36,691 nt of DNA, from positions 1 to 36,691 of IMG/VR virus record IMGVR_UViG_3300037602_000179. The stretch is one strand, 5' to 3'. Below, piece after piece: positions 1 through 8,450 of this stretch. Numbering within the stretch: position 1 is the first letter of the stretch; each line of letters opens with the position of its first letter. Under the pieces are notes generated by a model. The model worked only from the letters and a program-made list of their open reading frames with translations, ran no database searches and had not been told where the DNA came from. The position numbers were made by a program, and so were the translations under genes. This DNA is from a virus. Its lineage: Duplodnaviria; Caudoviricetes.

Positions 1-342
1 GCTGCGGCTGATGCTGAGTATAAGGATAGACCCACGGCGATTAATGTAAGGGCCAGATGCTCTGAGATGTTCGAAAAAGAGTTGGTCAATTGTCATGATC
101 AAGGTGACATTTATTATCACCTTCAAGAAGTGAGAGGGAAGGCTTGCGAAGCTGTCTCTCAGGTCATGGCGACACTTGATCCTATTGTAACGGTTGAGGC
201 AAGAGCTGTGAGACCTTCCATAGTCTGGGCTCATAGCCTTTACGGCGACGCCAATCAAGCCACACAGCTAATCGAACGAAATCGGATCTCTCACCCTTCT
301 TTTATGCCAATTGAATTTGAGGCAAGGGTGAATGAGCAGTGA
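1..342 (+). CDS. Mu-like DNA circularization / tail protein, C-terminal part (5' truncated by window)
   Basis: Frame is open from base 1. C-terminal motif PSIVWAHSLYGDANQATQLIERNRISHPSFMP is typical of Mu gpN-like proteins. Precedes the baseplate hub gene. Confidence 0.75.
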   Translation, partial: AAADAEYKDRPTAINVRARCSEMFEKELVNCHDQGDIYYHLQEVRGKACEAVSQVMATLDPIVTVEARAVRPSIVWAHSLYGDANQATQLIERNRISHPSFMPIEFEARVNEQ

Positions 343-1414
343 AGAATTTGTTGTTTTAAAAATTGACGGCAAGCCCTATGAGGGCTGGAAATCGATGTCC
401 GTCAAATATGATGCAAAGAGTCCTGAGAGATCTTTTCAGGTGCAAGCGTCAGACGGGATTGTTCAATCCATCCTATCAAGCCCGAGTCCAATACAGCCAG
501 GGTGTGAGGCCGAGTTATTATCGAATGGTGATTTGCTGGTCAAGGGATATATTGAGGATGTTGAAAGATCTTTCGATGCGAACAGCCATCACCTTTCAAT
601 CTCAGGAAAATCTAAAGGCAAAGACGCGGTTGACAATAGCGCGGTTCATGGCACGGGCGAGTTTAAAGATAAGAACTTGCTTCAGATAGCCAATGAGCTC
701 GACAAGTTTGGCATTGGCTTTAAGAGCGATGAAGATCTGAGAAAGATCACCTTCCGGCTAAACAACGGCCAGACGGTCTTTAAGAACATTAACAGAGCAG
801 CAAGGCAGCAAGGCTTGTTTCTTTATGGCAATGCTGACGGATCAATCAGCATCACTCGCCATGGGAAAAAGCAGCATACCGGCGGGATCATTGAAGGCTT
901 TAATCTTAAAGCGGGATCATCAACCTTCACAGAAGAAGGTCGTCACTCTGATTATATTGTCAAAGGTCAAATGCCAGCTGGAACAAAAGCCGAGAATACG
1001 CAGGTCAAGGGTGAAGCCAAAGACGAGGGCGTTAAGCGCTATCGCCCAAAGATTTGGATTGCGGAAACGGCCATTGATAAGCAACGCGCTCAAGAAAGAG
1101 CCGAGCATATGAGGGCCGCCTCAGCGGGCGAAAGCGTCAAAGCTTCGATTACCATGCAAGGCTTTAGAGATGAGGGCGGCAGGATCTGGGAGGCTGGATG
1201 GCTTGTTTATACGGGGAGTCCAACCCTTCTTATAGACCAGGACATGGCGATCTCAAGCGTGGAACTTTCTCAAGACGAAAAGTCACAAGGGAGCTTGGCA
1301 AAGCTTGAGCTTGTTCATCCATCGGCGTTGCGAGCGGATAAAGCAAAAGGCAAGTCGAAAAAATCAACAAAAAAGACAGGGGGCTCGTCTTCGGACTGGC
1401 ATATTCCATGGTAG
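332..1414 (+). CDS. Mu gp44/gpP-like baseplate hub protein
   Basis: N-terminal LKIDGKPYEGWKSMSV, SGKSK...D, and RYRP-containing C-terminal half. 360 aa, in the canonical position before the spike gene. Confidence 0.88.
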   Translation: MSSEEFVVLKIDGKPYEGWKSMSVKYDAKSPERSFQVQASDGIVQSILSSPSPIQPGCEAELLSNGDLLVKGYIEDVERSFDANSHHLSISGKSKGKDAVDNSAVHGTGEFKDKNLLQIANELDKFGIGFKSDEDLRKITFRLNNGQTVFKNINRAARQQGLFLYGNADGSISITRHGKKQHTGGIIEGFNLKAGSSTFTEEGRHSDYIVKGQMPAGTKAENTQVKGEAKDEGVKRYRPKIWIAETAIDKQRAQERAEHMRAASAGESVKASITMQGFRDEGGRIWEAGWLVYTGSPTLLIDQDMAISSVELSQDEKSQGSLAKLELVHPSALRADKAKGKSKKSTKKTGGSSSDWHIPW

Positions 1415-1887
1415 ATGAAAGCCATAGCTCATCAAATAACACAATGTCCAGGGTAATCCTGAAAAGCACGAAAGATGATGGCAATCAGCAATTGATCTCC
1501 TATGACGGTCTTGAGGGAGAACAGCACACTGATGTTGTGAAGGTTCAGCAATATGGCTTTTCTTTTCATGCGCCACCAGGTGCTGAGGGCGTCGTTATCA
1601 ATATGAACGGGTCCAGGGATAACCCCATGGTTATCGGCGTCGAGATGCCAGATCAGAGACCAACGGGAATGCCTGAAGGCGGTGTTCGCGTTTATGATGG
1701 CTCCGGCTCATACGTTGATTTTAATAATGGTGGCACCGTAACGATCAAGTGCGACAAGCTTGTTATTGATTGCCCAGACATAAATCTTGGCGGCGAGGGC
1801 GGCGTCCCCGCATCCAAGGAAGGCACGATTGATACCGGCGGCTTTGCTGATGTGAGCAGTCTGTCAACAAGAGTTAAGATCATTTAG
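1408..1887 (+). CDS. Mu gp45-like baseplate assembly / spike protein
   Basis: QQYGFSFHAPPGAEGVV...G.RDNP...RPTGMPEGGVRVYD motif. Lies between the gp44-like and gp46-like genes. Confidence 0.88.
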   Translation: MVDESHSSSNNTMSRVILKSTKDDGNQQLISYDGLEGEQHTDVVKVQQYGFSFHAPPGAEGVVINMNGSRDNPMVIGVEMPDQRPTGMPEGGVRVYDGSGSYVDFNNGGTVTIKCDKLVIDCPDINLGGEGGVPASKEGTIDTGGFADVSSLSTRVKII

Positions 1888-1896
1888 AGGTGGCTC

Positions 1897-2475
1897 ATGG
1901 GCTGGCGTATCAGAATAAGAGAGGATGAAGGGTGTGAAGACCAGCCATTCTTGGCATGGGATCATGTTCTAACAAGATTCAGCGAATACGAGTACGGCTT
2001 TGACTGGGCTCTTGCTGATAGCGACGAGACTCGAAATCAAGGCGGCTTAAGAGCCAAGGCTGCAATTCACACTGCGGTTATCATTCAACTATTCACAGAC
2101 AGACGAGCTCTTGAGGATATGGAGCTTCCTGACGATGGTCCTGACCGGCGCGGCTGGTGGGGAGACTCTGTTGATGTGAGAGACGATCTTTTTGAGACAG
2201 AGCTTGGCTCCTGGCTATGGACCTTAAGGCGCTCCATAATAAATCAGGACGTTCTTGATCGCGCTCAGGAATATACCGAGATGGCTTTGGAGCCACTCAT
2301 TGCCCAAGGTGTTTTCGCTCGAATTGATGTGACAACACGTCAGGGCAACATAACAACCAACACACCGGAGACAGGCGTTTTAATTATTGAGGTTGATGGG
2401 TACGGGCAAGACGGTCTCAACATTTACAACCAAAAATTCGATGTACTCTGGAGTCAGATTAGGATGGCTGCATAA
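1897..2475 (+). CDS. Mu gp46-like baseplate protein
   Basis: TAVIIQLFTDRRA...DRRGWWGDS...LGSWLWTLRR is the hallmark of the gp46 family. Confidence 0.92.
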   Translation: MGWRIRIREDEGCEDQPFLAWDHVLTRFSEYEYGFDWALADSDETRNQGGLRAKAAIHTAVIIQLFTDRRALEDMELPDDGPDRRGWWGDSVDVRDDLFETELGSWLWTLRRSIINQDVLDRAQEYTEMALEPLIAQGVFARIDVTTRQGNITTNTPETGVLIIEVDGYGQDGLNIYNQKFDVLWSQIRMAA

Positions 2476-3548
2476 TGGCTTTTAACGTGCCAACTTTAGA
2501 AGAGACGGTTAAGCGGTCTCGGGAAAGATTTAGGGCTGAGATGCCTGGCACAGACGCCAACATCTGGCCGAACAATATTTATGTTACTGCAAAGGCGCTG
2601 GGCGGCGCTATCTGGGAGCTTTATCAGTATCTCAGCTGGATTAAAGATCAGCGCTTTGCAACAACGGCTGACGGAGATCAACTTGACGAGCATGGTGTTC
2701 CTTTTGGAATATCTCGCAATCCCGCGAGCGCGGCAACTGGTGACATTATTATTACTGGAACCGCCGGTTACACGGTTGTCGAGGGAACGGTTTTCGAGCG
2801 CTCAGATGGTATTCAATTTGAGACCACTGTGGATGTTGTGCTGGACGCAACCGGCTCGGGCACAGTTAACGCTCTTGCTCTCTCCTTTGGGGTTGATACG
2901 AACACCGTCTCGGAGACCGAGTTAACGCCAATTGTCGCGAACGCGGATATTACCTCTGCGCTTGTGAATGAGATTGGATTAACCGGCGGCGCTGATATTG
3001 AGGATGACGAAGCTTTAAGAGCTCGCATTCTCTTAAGGAAGCGCTTCCCTCCGCAGGGCGGCGCTGTTCATGATTATGTGTTTTGGGCTTTAAACATATC
3101 GGGCGTTACAAGAGTCTGGGTTGATCCTCTGGCTTACGGGCCTGGCACTGTTGGTGTTTGGTTTATGACCGACGACTCAACGGCAAACGGCATTCCTGAC
3201 GCTGTAACCCTGGGTAATGTTGAAGCTTATATAAACACACAAAAACCTGTTACCGCGAACGTGACCATACAAGCGCCAACTGCGGCAACGATAGACATTA
3301 CAGTTGATCTTGAGGGTACGCCAACGCAGGCTGTGCAAGACAGGATTAGCGCTGAAATTGCAGAGGTGTTTAGAAGACAGGTTCAAGTGAGCTTGCCGAA
3401 TACACCTTACACACTTAATGAAAATTTGTTCTGGCAGGCGGTGGCTCAGGCAACCGGCTCTTCAGCCCATACTGTGGATCTGAAGATTAGCAACCTTACA
3501 CTGTCGGCTGGCTATGTGCCGGTCATGGGAACTGTTTGTTTTACGTGA
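2475..3548 (+). CDS. Baseplate J / Mu gp47-like wedge protein
   Basis: TGGADIEDDEALRARIL...PPQGGAVHDYVFWA...GVTRVWV...GPGTVGV motif. Confidence 0.93.
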   Translation: MAFNVPTLEETVKRSRERFRAEMPGTDANIWPNNIYVTAKALGGAIWELYQYLSWIKDQRFATTADGDQLDEHGVPFGISRNPASAATGDIIITGTAGYTVVEGTVFERSDGIQFETTVDVVLDATGSGTVNALALSFGVDTNTVSETELTPIVANADITSALVNEIGLTGGADIEDDEALRARILLRKRFPPQGGAVHDYVFWALNISGVTRVWVDPLAYGPGTVGVWFMTDDSTANGIPDAVTLGNVEAYINTQKPVTANVTIQAPTAATIDITVDLEGTPTQAVQDRISAEIAEVFRRQVQVSLPNTPYTLNENLFWQAVAQATGSSAHTVDLKISNLTLSAGYVPVMGTVCFT

Positions 3549-3593
3549 GATTTATGGGCCAGTCTAAAGTCTCTGCAACATTAGGAGGACAAG

Positions 3594-4592
3594 ATGACAG
3601 ATCTTGGCTGCTCATCACCTTCGCAAGGCAACGCGCCTTGTCCGATTGAATATGATGAAATCTTAAAGCAGGTCTGCGCTTATTTCCCTCGTGGCGAAAG
3701 CTTTTTCAGCGTTGATAAAGAGGGAACGGTCATGCATTCAATGGTTCGCGCCATTGCATGGCTCCTGTATGACGTAAATTTAAGGGCCTGCGAGCTTTTG
3801 AATGAATTTAGGTGCCACACAGCCAACGAGACTTTAGACCTCTGGAACGCCGATTATGGGCTTCCTGACGAATGTGGAATCAACGATCTCTGCGCAAAGG
3901 TTGCCGCAACCGGCGGCGCGACTTGCGAGTATATCGAAGGGCTGGGGGAGTTACTTGGTTATGACATATGCTGCGAAGAAATTGAACCTGCCGCGCAAGC
4001 GGGATGCTTTCAGGTGGGATGCACTCGTTTACCTCCCGCTAGCAATTTTAAGTATGGCGGCTCTGAGCTTGGGTTTTCTTGCCTGGGTTATTGCGACCCT
4101 ATTCCTTGTGGCTCTCCTCTCGGGCAAGCTCCTCTTTCAAGCGCTGAGTGCAACATTGCGGGATACTCCGTATCTGGCTGCGATGAAGAGGAAGCCACGT
4201 CAGCTTGTGCTCCCGTTGCCGAATGTGAAGTCTGGTCGGAGCCATGCACGACGCCGTTTATATCGGGGTGCTACAAGGCTCTTGAGCACGATTATGTTGG
4301 CAATGCTTATCATTATATCGTTGGCTTTCGTGACGACGACTCATCATTGCTCGGCACATCTGCCTCCTGCGAGGGAGGCTTTAGAGCTGGCGACGCGGCC
4401 ATTTGTTTGGGATACGACCCCTTGGGAACTTATAATGCCGGAGTGGCCGTTCCTCAACCTTATTCCATTGCCGGATGTTGGGATACTGGATGCACCGAAC
4501 TCTGCGCCCCTCCAGTGAATGAAGTGATGTGCTTTGTTCAACGCTATGGGCCTGCGCACACAGTTCCAGTGCGCAGATTCTGTTCAACTTAA
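3594..4592 (+). CDS. Mu gp48 / YmfQ (DUF2313)-like baseplate protein, extended and cysteine-rich
   Basis: FPRG, ELLNEF..HTANETLDLWNADYGLPDEC, GGATCEY...LGYDI and C-terminal PAHT match the family. Follows baseplate J. I count 28 Cys in 332 aa. Confidence 0.8.
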   Translation: MTDLGCSSPSQGNAPCPIEYDEILKQVCAYFPRGESFFSVDKEGTVMHSMVRAIAWLLYDVNLRACELLNEFRCHTANETLDLWNADYGLPDECGINDLCAKVAATGGATCEYIEGLGELLGYDICCEEIEPAAQAGCFQVGCTRLPPASNFKYGGSELGFSCLGYCDPIPCGSPLGQAPLSSAECNIAGYSVSGCDEEEATSACAPVAECEVWSEPCTTPFISGCYKALEHDYVGNAYHYIVGFRDDDSSLLGTSASCEGGFRAGDAAICLGYDPLGTYNAGVAVPQPYSIAGCWDTGCTELCAPPVNEVMCFVQRYGPAHTVPVRRFCST

Positions 4593-4602
4593 GGAGTTTA
4601 AT

Positions 4603-5118
4603 ATGAGCGTTCATGGCTTTGGCCCTCTTGGCACGAAGGCGGTAACAACAAGGCCCTCCATTGAGCCGGATAATTTTGGTCAGCAAACATGGTTTGCGGA
4701 TGCGACGGCCTCCGGCGCAAATGACGGCACGGTGGTTAGTGCGGGCTTTTTAAACTCGCTTGTTGCTCAGTTGGTTTATATCTGTCAGGTCGGCGGAATA
4801 AACCCAGGCAACAATCAGGGCTACGACAGTGCCTTATATGAAAACATCTTATCTATCATCAAAAAAACGGTCGAAAATCCAAGTGCTGTTAATGTCTCGG
4901 CAAGCGCTCATGGGGATATAACAACCATGAACGTTCAGGCTCAGCTGGAGGATTTACGGTCAAAGATAGACAATCTCGGCGATAACTTCGCGACCGACCC
5001 CGAACTTCAAACTGCAATTGTTAACTTGATAGGATCTGCAACATCAGCTGGCGACACTCTCGGCGAGCTGGAGGGGCAGATTGCAAACATTACGATTACG
5101 CAAGGATCTTCAATATGA
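4603..5118 (+). CDS. Tail fibre anchor / proximal protein (paralog A)
   Basis: ATG 4603 follows an AAGGAG RBS. DGTVVSAGFLNSL...GGI resembles the baseplate-anchoring N-terminus of Mu-type fibres. Paralogous to 8141..8446. Confidence 0.6.
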   Translation: MSVHGFGPLGTKAVTTRPSIEPDNFGQQTWFADATASGANDGTVVSAGFLNSLVAQLVYICQVGGINPGNNQGYDSALYENILSIIKKTVENPSAVNVSASAHGDITTMNVQAQLEDLRSKIDNLGDNFATDPELQTAIVNLIGSATSAGDTLGELEGQIANITITQGSSI

Positions 5119-5969
5119 CTTTATACAATCCAGGCTCCATGCAGAGCATCTTCGAAAATGGCGGATCATTTGAGAAGCTTTATGCTCTTGACAAGACTGT
5201 GATGGATATGGATGCGGCAGGTCTGATTGACCTGACAATCTCAACAACGGCTCCGGCTGATACAACAGTGATATGGTTGAATCCGGTTGCCGCAGGTGCT
5301 GCGGCTGGTGCTGCCAGTTATCATAATGGAACAGCATGGGTGACGTTAACTCCTGGCGGCTTATATCTTCACCTGAAAAATAAAGCTGGCGACACTGACA
5401 GTATCCTGCACAAGTTTGATGCAACGACAGCACCGACAGCAAATGATGATGCCGCTGATACTGGCGGCAACGGCACGTTCCAAGTTGGCTCTGTCTGGAT
5501 CGACGTAACAAATGATGAAGCTTATCGTTGCGTTGACGCGACTGCAACAGCTGCGGTTTGGGTAAACACTTCGGTTGAAACTGGCGATCTTGGTTCTCTG
5601 GCTACACAGAACGCCAACGCTGTCGCAATCACAGGAGGCACTATTGATGGAGCGACAATTGGCGGAACAACACCAGCTGCCGCTGACTTTACAATCGTTG
5701 ATATTGCGAACCAACTTCAACTTCCAACATGGGCCACAGCTGGACGCCCTGGATCGCCGGTTGCTGGTGATATGGGCTTTAATACAGATAATGGGAATAT
5801 CGATTTCTATGACGGTTCTGCCTGGGTTTCTACTGGTACAGTTGATAGCTTCCTTGAGCTCTCTGATAGTCCTGCTTCCTTCGCAGGTGCTGGATTGCAG
5901 TTTGTTCGTGTTAACGCAGGCGCGACAGCTCTTGAGTTCGCTGGCATCACGCAAGGATCGTCTATCTAG
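5115..5969 (+). CDS. Tail fibre-like protein (paralog B1)
   Basis: ATGA-coupled to the upstream gene. Contains phage fibre motifs TAPTANDD...GSVWID, LGSLATQNANAVAITGGTI, RPGSPVAGDMGFNTD...YDGSAW and FLELSDSP. Confidence 0.7.
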   Translation: MTLYNPGSMQSIFENGGSFEKLYALDKTVMDMDAAGLIDLTISTTAPADTTVIWLNPVAAGAAAGAASYHNGTAWVTLTPGGLYLHLKNKAGDTDSILHKFDATTAPTANDDAADTGGNGTFQVGSVWIDVTNDEAYRCVDATATAAVWVNTSVETGDLGSLATQNANAVAITGGTIDGATIGGTTPAAADFTIVDIANQLQLPTWATAGRPGSPVAGDMGFNTDNGNIDFYDGSAWVSTGTVDSFLELSDSPASFAGAGLQFVRVNAGATALEFAGITQGSSI

Positions 5970-6409
5970 TGACCGCTTACAATCCCTCTAGCCATCGCAC
6001 ATTGTTTGAGGTTAGTGGGGCTCTGGAAAGCCATTGGGGACTTGAAAAGCTCGCGCAAGATTTAAACGCTGCGGGCTTAATCAGTCTTTCTGTTGGTACT
6101 TCGGCCCCAGCTAACACAGCACTGGCATGGCTTGATGTGGCAGGGGCAGGCGCTCAAGGCAGTCCTGGCACACTGAAATTTTATGATGGAGCTGCTTGGG
6201 TAACTGCAACGGCGAGCCTTTTAAATCGGCATCTTGGTGGCGTTCGTCAAACGACTGGAACCACCTTCCCAAGCGATCCGATTGTTGGTGACGAATTCTA
6301 TCATTCAACTGACGAGATTCTTTACAAAAGAGTCAATGATGGCGGCTCTGAATTTTGGTTTGACATCAGCTCCGCTGGCGGCGGTGGCTCTTTAACCTGG
6401 GGGTTATAA
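5969..6409 (+). CDS. Tail fibre-like protein (paralog B2)
   Basis: GTG start overlaps the upstream TAG. N-terminal YNP...AAGLI...SAP...W...YDG.AW domain is shared with 5115 and 8451. Confidence 0.62.
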   Translation: MTAYNPSSHRTLFEVSGALESHWGLEKLAQDLNAAGLISLSVGTSAPANTALAWLDVAGAGAQGSPGTLKFYDGAAWVTATASLLNRHLGGVRQTTGTTFPSDPIVGDEFYHSTDEILYKRVNDGGSEFWFDISSAGGGGSLTWGL

Positions 6410-6822
6410 TGGCATTTCCAACAAGCCCATCGGTGAACGATCAGCATACTCATGGCGGTTTTATCTACATCTGGGATGGCAATGCGTGGAAGCGTGCGAC
6501 AGCAACAGCGTATCAGGCCACAGACATAACCTTCACACCAACCGGCGATGTTTCAGCGACAAATGTCCAGAATGCAGTCGCGGAGGTTGATAGTGAGAAG
6601 CTTGCATTGGCTGGTGGCACTATGACCGGCATATTAAACGGCACGCAATTCAAGGCTTCAGAGTTTGTTCTTATAGGGTCCTACGCGGGCTCTGGCAACT
6701 ATCCAGCTGCGGCGGGTAATGCTGGCGCTGTGTTAATTGACACAACCCTTGGGTCTGGCCGTCCTGTCTATTCCGATGGTGTGAATTGGCGGCGCATGAA
6801 CAACAACAATATTATTATTTGA
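6409..6822 (+). CDS. Tail fibre-like protein (paralog C1)
   Basis: FPTSPSVND..THGG..YIWDG..W, ATNVQNAVAEVDSEKL and C-terminal PAAAGN.GAV...RPVYSDG.NWRR motifs. Confidence 0.65.
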   Translation: MAFPTSPSVNDQHTHGGFIYIWDGNAWKRATATAYQATDITFTPTGDVSATNVQNAVAEVDSEKLALAGGTMTGILNGTQFKASEFVLIGSYAGSGNYPAAAGNAGAVLIDTTLGSGRPVYSDGVNWRRMNNNNIII

Positions 6823-6829
6823 GGAAAAA

Positions 6830-7399
6830 ATGGCAGTTGCATATGTTTCTTTTGATCTGAGCGGCACAACTCGGTACACATACTTTCCAGATGACAGCGT
6901 ATTCGGCGGTGACGTTACTGCCTATATCACAGGGTTGTTTCCTGGAGCGAGTAACATCGCTTCGCAGCCAACACAATTTACGGCTCAGCAAACCATTATC
7001 GATGACGAGGAAGCGGCTTCAAATGCGCTTGAGAGTCTAGCGAATAGCGCGACTGACCTATCGGCTCTGGAAAACCTTGCTGATGATGCGGCAAATCTCG
7101 AAAGCCTCTCCAGTAACATCAACACGCTTAACGATCTCATTGGCGACAATTCACCATTACAAGCTTTGGCCGATGATCAGGCGGCGCTTTCCGGTATCGT
7201 TGCTGGCACTCAAGATGTCACCGTTCCAAATCTTACGGTTACAAATCTTTTAAAGGGTGCTCATTTTGCCAACGCTGCAAGCTTACCTCCAGCTGCGGGG
7301 AATCAAGGCGCTGTTGCTTATTTTGGGAATAACAGAAGGCCTGTTTATTCCGATGGTTTTAATTGGCGCAAATTCAGAAACGACAATGTGGTAATCTAA
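6830..7399 (+). CDS. Tail fibre-associated protein (paralog C2)
   Basis: GAGGA RBS. Central coiled-coil-like segment. C-terminal LPPAAGNQGAVAYF...RPVYSDGFNWRK is shared with 6409..6822. Confidence 0.6.
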   Translation: MAVAYVSFDLSGTTRYTYFPDDSVFGGDVTAYITGLFPGASNIASQPTQFTAQQTIIDDEEAASNALESLANSATDLSALENLADDAANLESLSSNINTLNDLIGDNSPLQALADDQAALSGIVAGTQDVTVPNLTVTNLLKGAHFANAASLPPAAGNQGAVAYFGNNRRPVYSDGFNWRKFRNDNVVI

Positions 7400-7810
7400 T
7401 GAGCTATATTAAATTCACCCTGGATGGAGAGGATCGTTATACATTCTTTCCAACAGACCCACCGGACATTCCGGCTGAAATATTAAGGCTGTTCCCAGGG
7501 GCGAGTAATATATCCTGGCAGGCAGCACAATTCTCCGAGCAACAGGCTATTATTGATGAGGGCGAGGCTGAAGAGCAAGCGCTTGAAGGCATGGTCGGCG
7601 GCGAGGAGCTTGAGATTACAATCGCCACGGAGTTCCTGAGACTCAAGAACGATTTCTACAACAGCACGCTTCCAAAGATGACTTGGGAAGACCGTGGAAC
7701 TATCGCTTATTCTCAATAACGGCTATGGTTCGAGGGGCGGCACAGTTTATTGGGATGGTCGCTATTGGCGAAGATCTAGCAATGGCGGTTATGTCGCTAG
7801 CGGGGTGTGA
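7399..7810 (+). pseudogene. Tail fibre-associated protein (paralog C3), split by a +1 frameshift near 7711
   Basis: N-terminus is paralogous to 6830 (RYT.FP, LFPGASNI). Frame 0 stops at TAA 7717-7719. The +1 frame (7712-7810) continues LNNGYGSRGGTVYWDGRYWRR, matching the paralog's VYSDG.NWR, and ends in a TGA coupled to the next ATG. Confidence 0.65.
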
Positions 7811-8130
7811 TGATGACTTGGGGAATTGACGAAATAAATGCTGTAAAAACAGAGTGCAGCGATAGAATTTATGCGCTTCTCAAGGATCTTGAGACGCAGA
7901 TGAACATTAACGTCACAGCGGCTGATTACATTGATATGAAGGTTGACGGCGTGACGCTTTCTCCGTCTCAGCAAGCAACAATTGACATGGGCCGTGCGCT
8001 CAGGGTGTGGGTTACGTCCATGCGGCAAAAGTCGGCTGAGCTCATAGCAAATGAAGACGACACCTATAGTAACGATAGTCACTGGCCACCATACCCTGCC
8101 GGTGCAGAACAATTTGTTTCATATTTTTAA
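7810..8130 (+). CDS. Putative tail fibre assembly / chaperone-like phage protein
   Basis: WVTSMRQKS.EL...D.Y.NDSHWP motif typical of small proteins next to phage fibres. TGATG coupling. Confidence 0.5.
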   Translation: MMTWGIDEINAVKTECSDRIYALLKDLETQMNINVTAADYIDMKVDGVTLSPSQQATIDMGRALRVWVTSMRQKSAELIANEDDTYSNDSHWPPYPAGAEQFVSYF

Positions 8131-8140
8131 GGAGGCTTAA

Positions 8141-8446
8141 ATGCCAGGTTTTGGACCTTTAGGGGCGAATGCCTCAACGGTGAGGCCGTCAGCAACCCCT
8201 GATGCTTATGGCGTGCAGACGTGGGCGAAAGATTGCTCAGCGGCTGGCGCATCTGATGGTACTATCATCGATGCCAGCTGGTTTAATACTCATACAGGTA
8301 ACTGGGTTTATGCTGCCGGTCAGGTTGGCGTGACGATCACAAACGATCAAACCAACGATACTTACTTTTATCAAATCATTCAGAACATTGCGCAGGCAGA
8401 AATTTCTGCGGCAATAACTTCACCTACACTTTCTTGGGGGCTGTAA
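8141..8446 (+). CDS. Tail fibre anchor protein (paralog A2)
   Basis: AAGGAGG RBS. GFGPLG...RPS..PD..G.QTW..D..A.GA.DGT is shared with 4603..5118. Confidence 0.6.
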   Translation: MPGFGPLGANASTVRPSATPDAYGVQTWAKDCSAAGASDGTIIDASWFNTHTGNWVYAAGQVGVTITNDQTNDTYFYQIIQNIAQAEISAAITSPTLSWGL

Positions 8447-8450
8447 ATAA

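Noticed and set aside
3856-4518. 220-aa alternative-frame ORF, and other overlapping or antisense ORFs such as 5361..5954, 8839..9297 and 24552..24952
   Set aside because: They lie wholly within better-supported genes and show no recognisable motifs, so they are treated as shadow ORFs.
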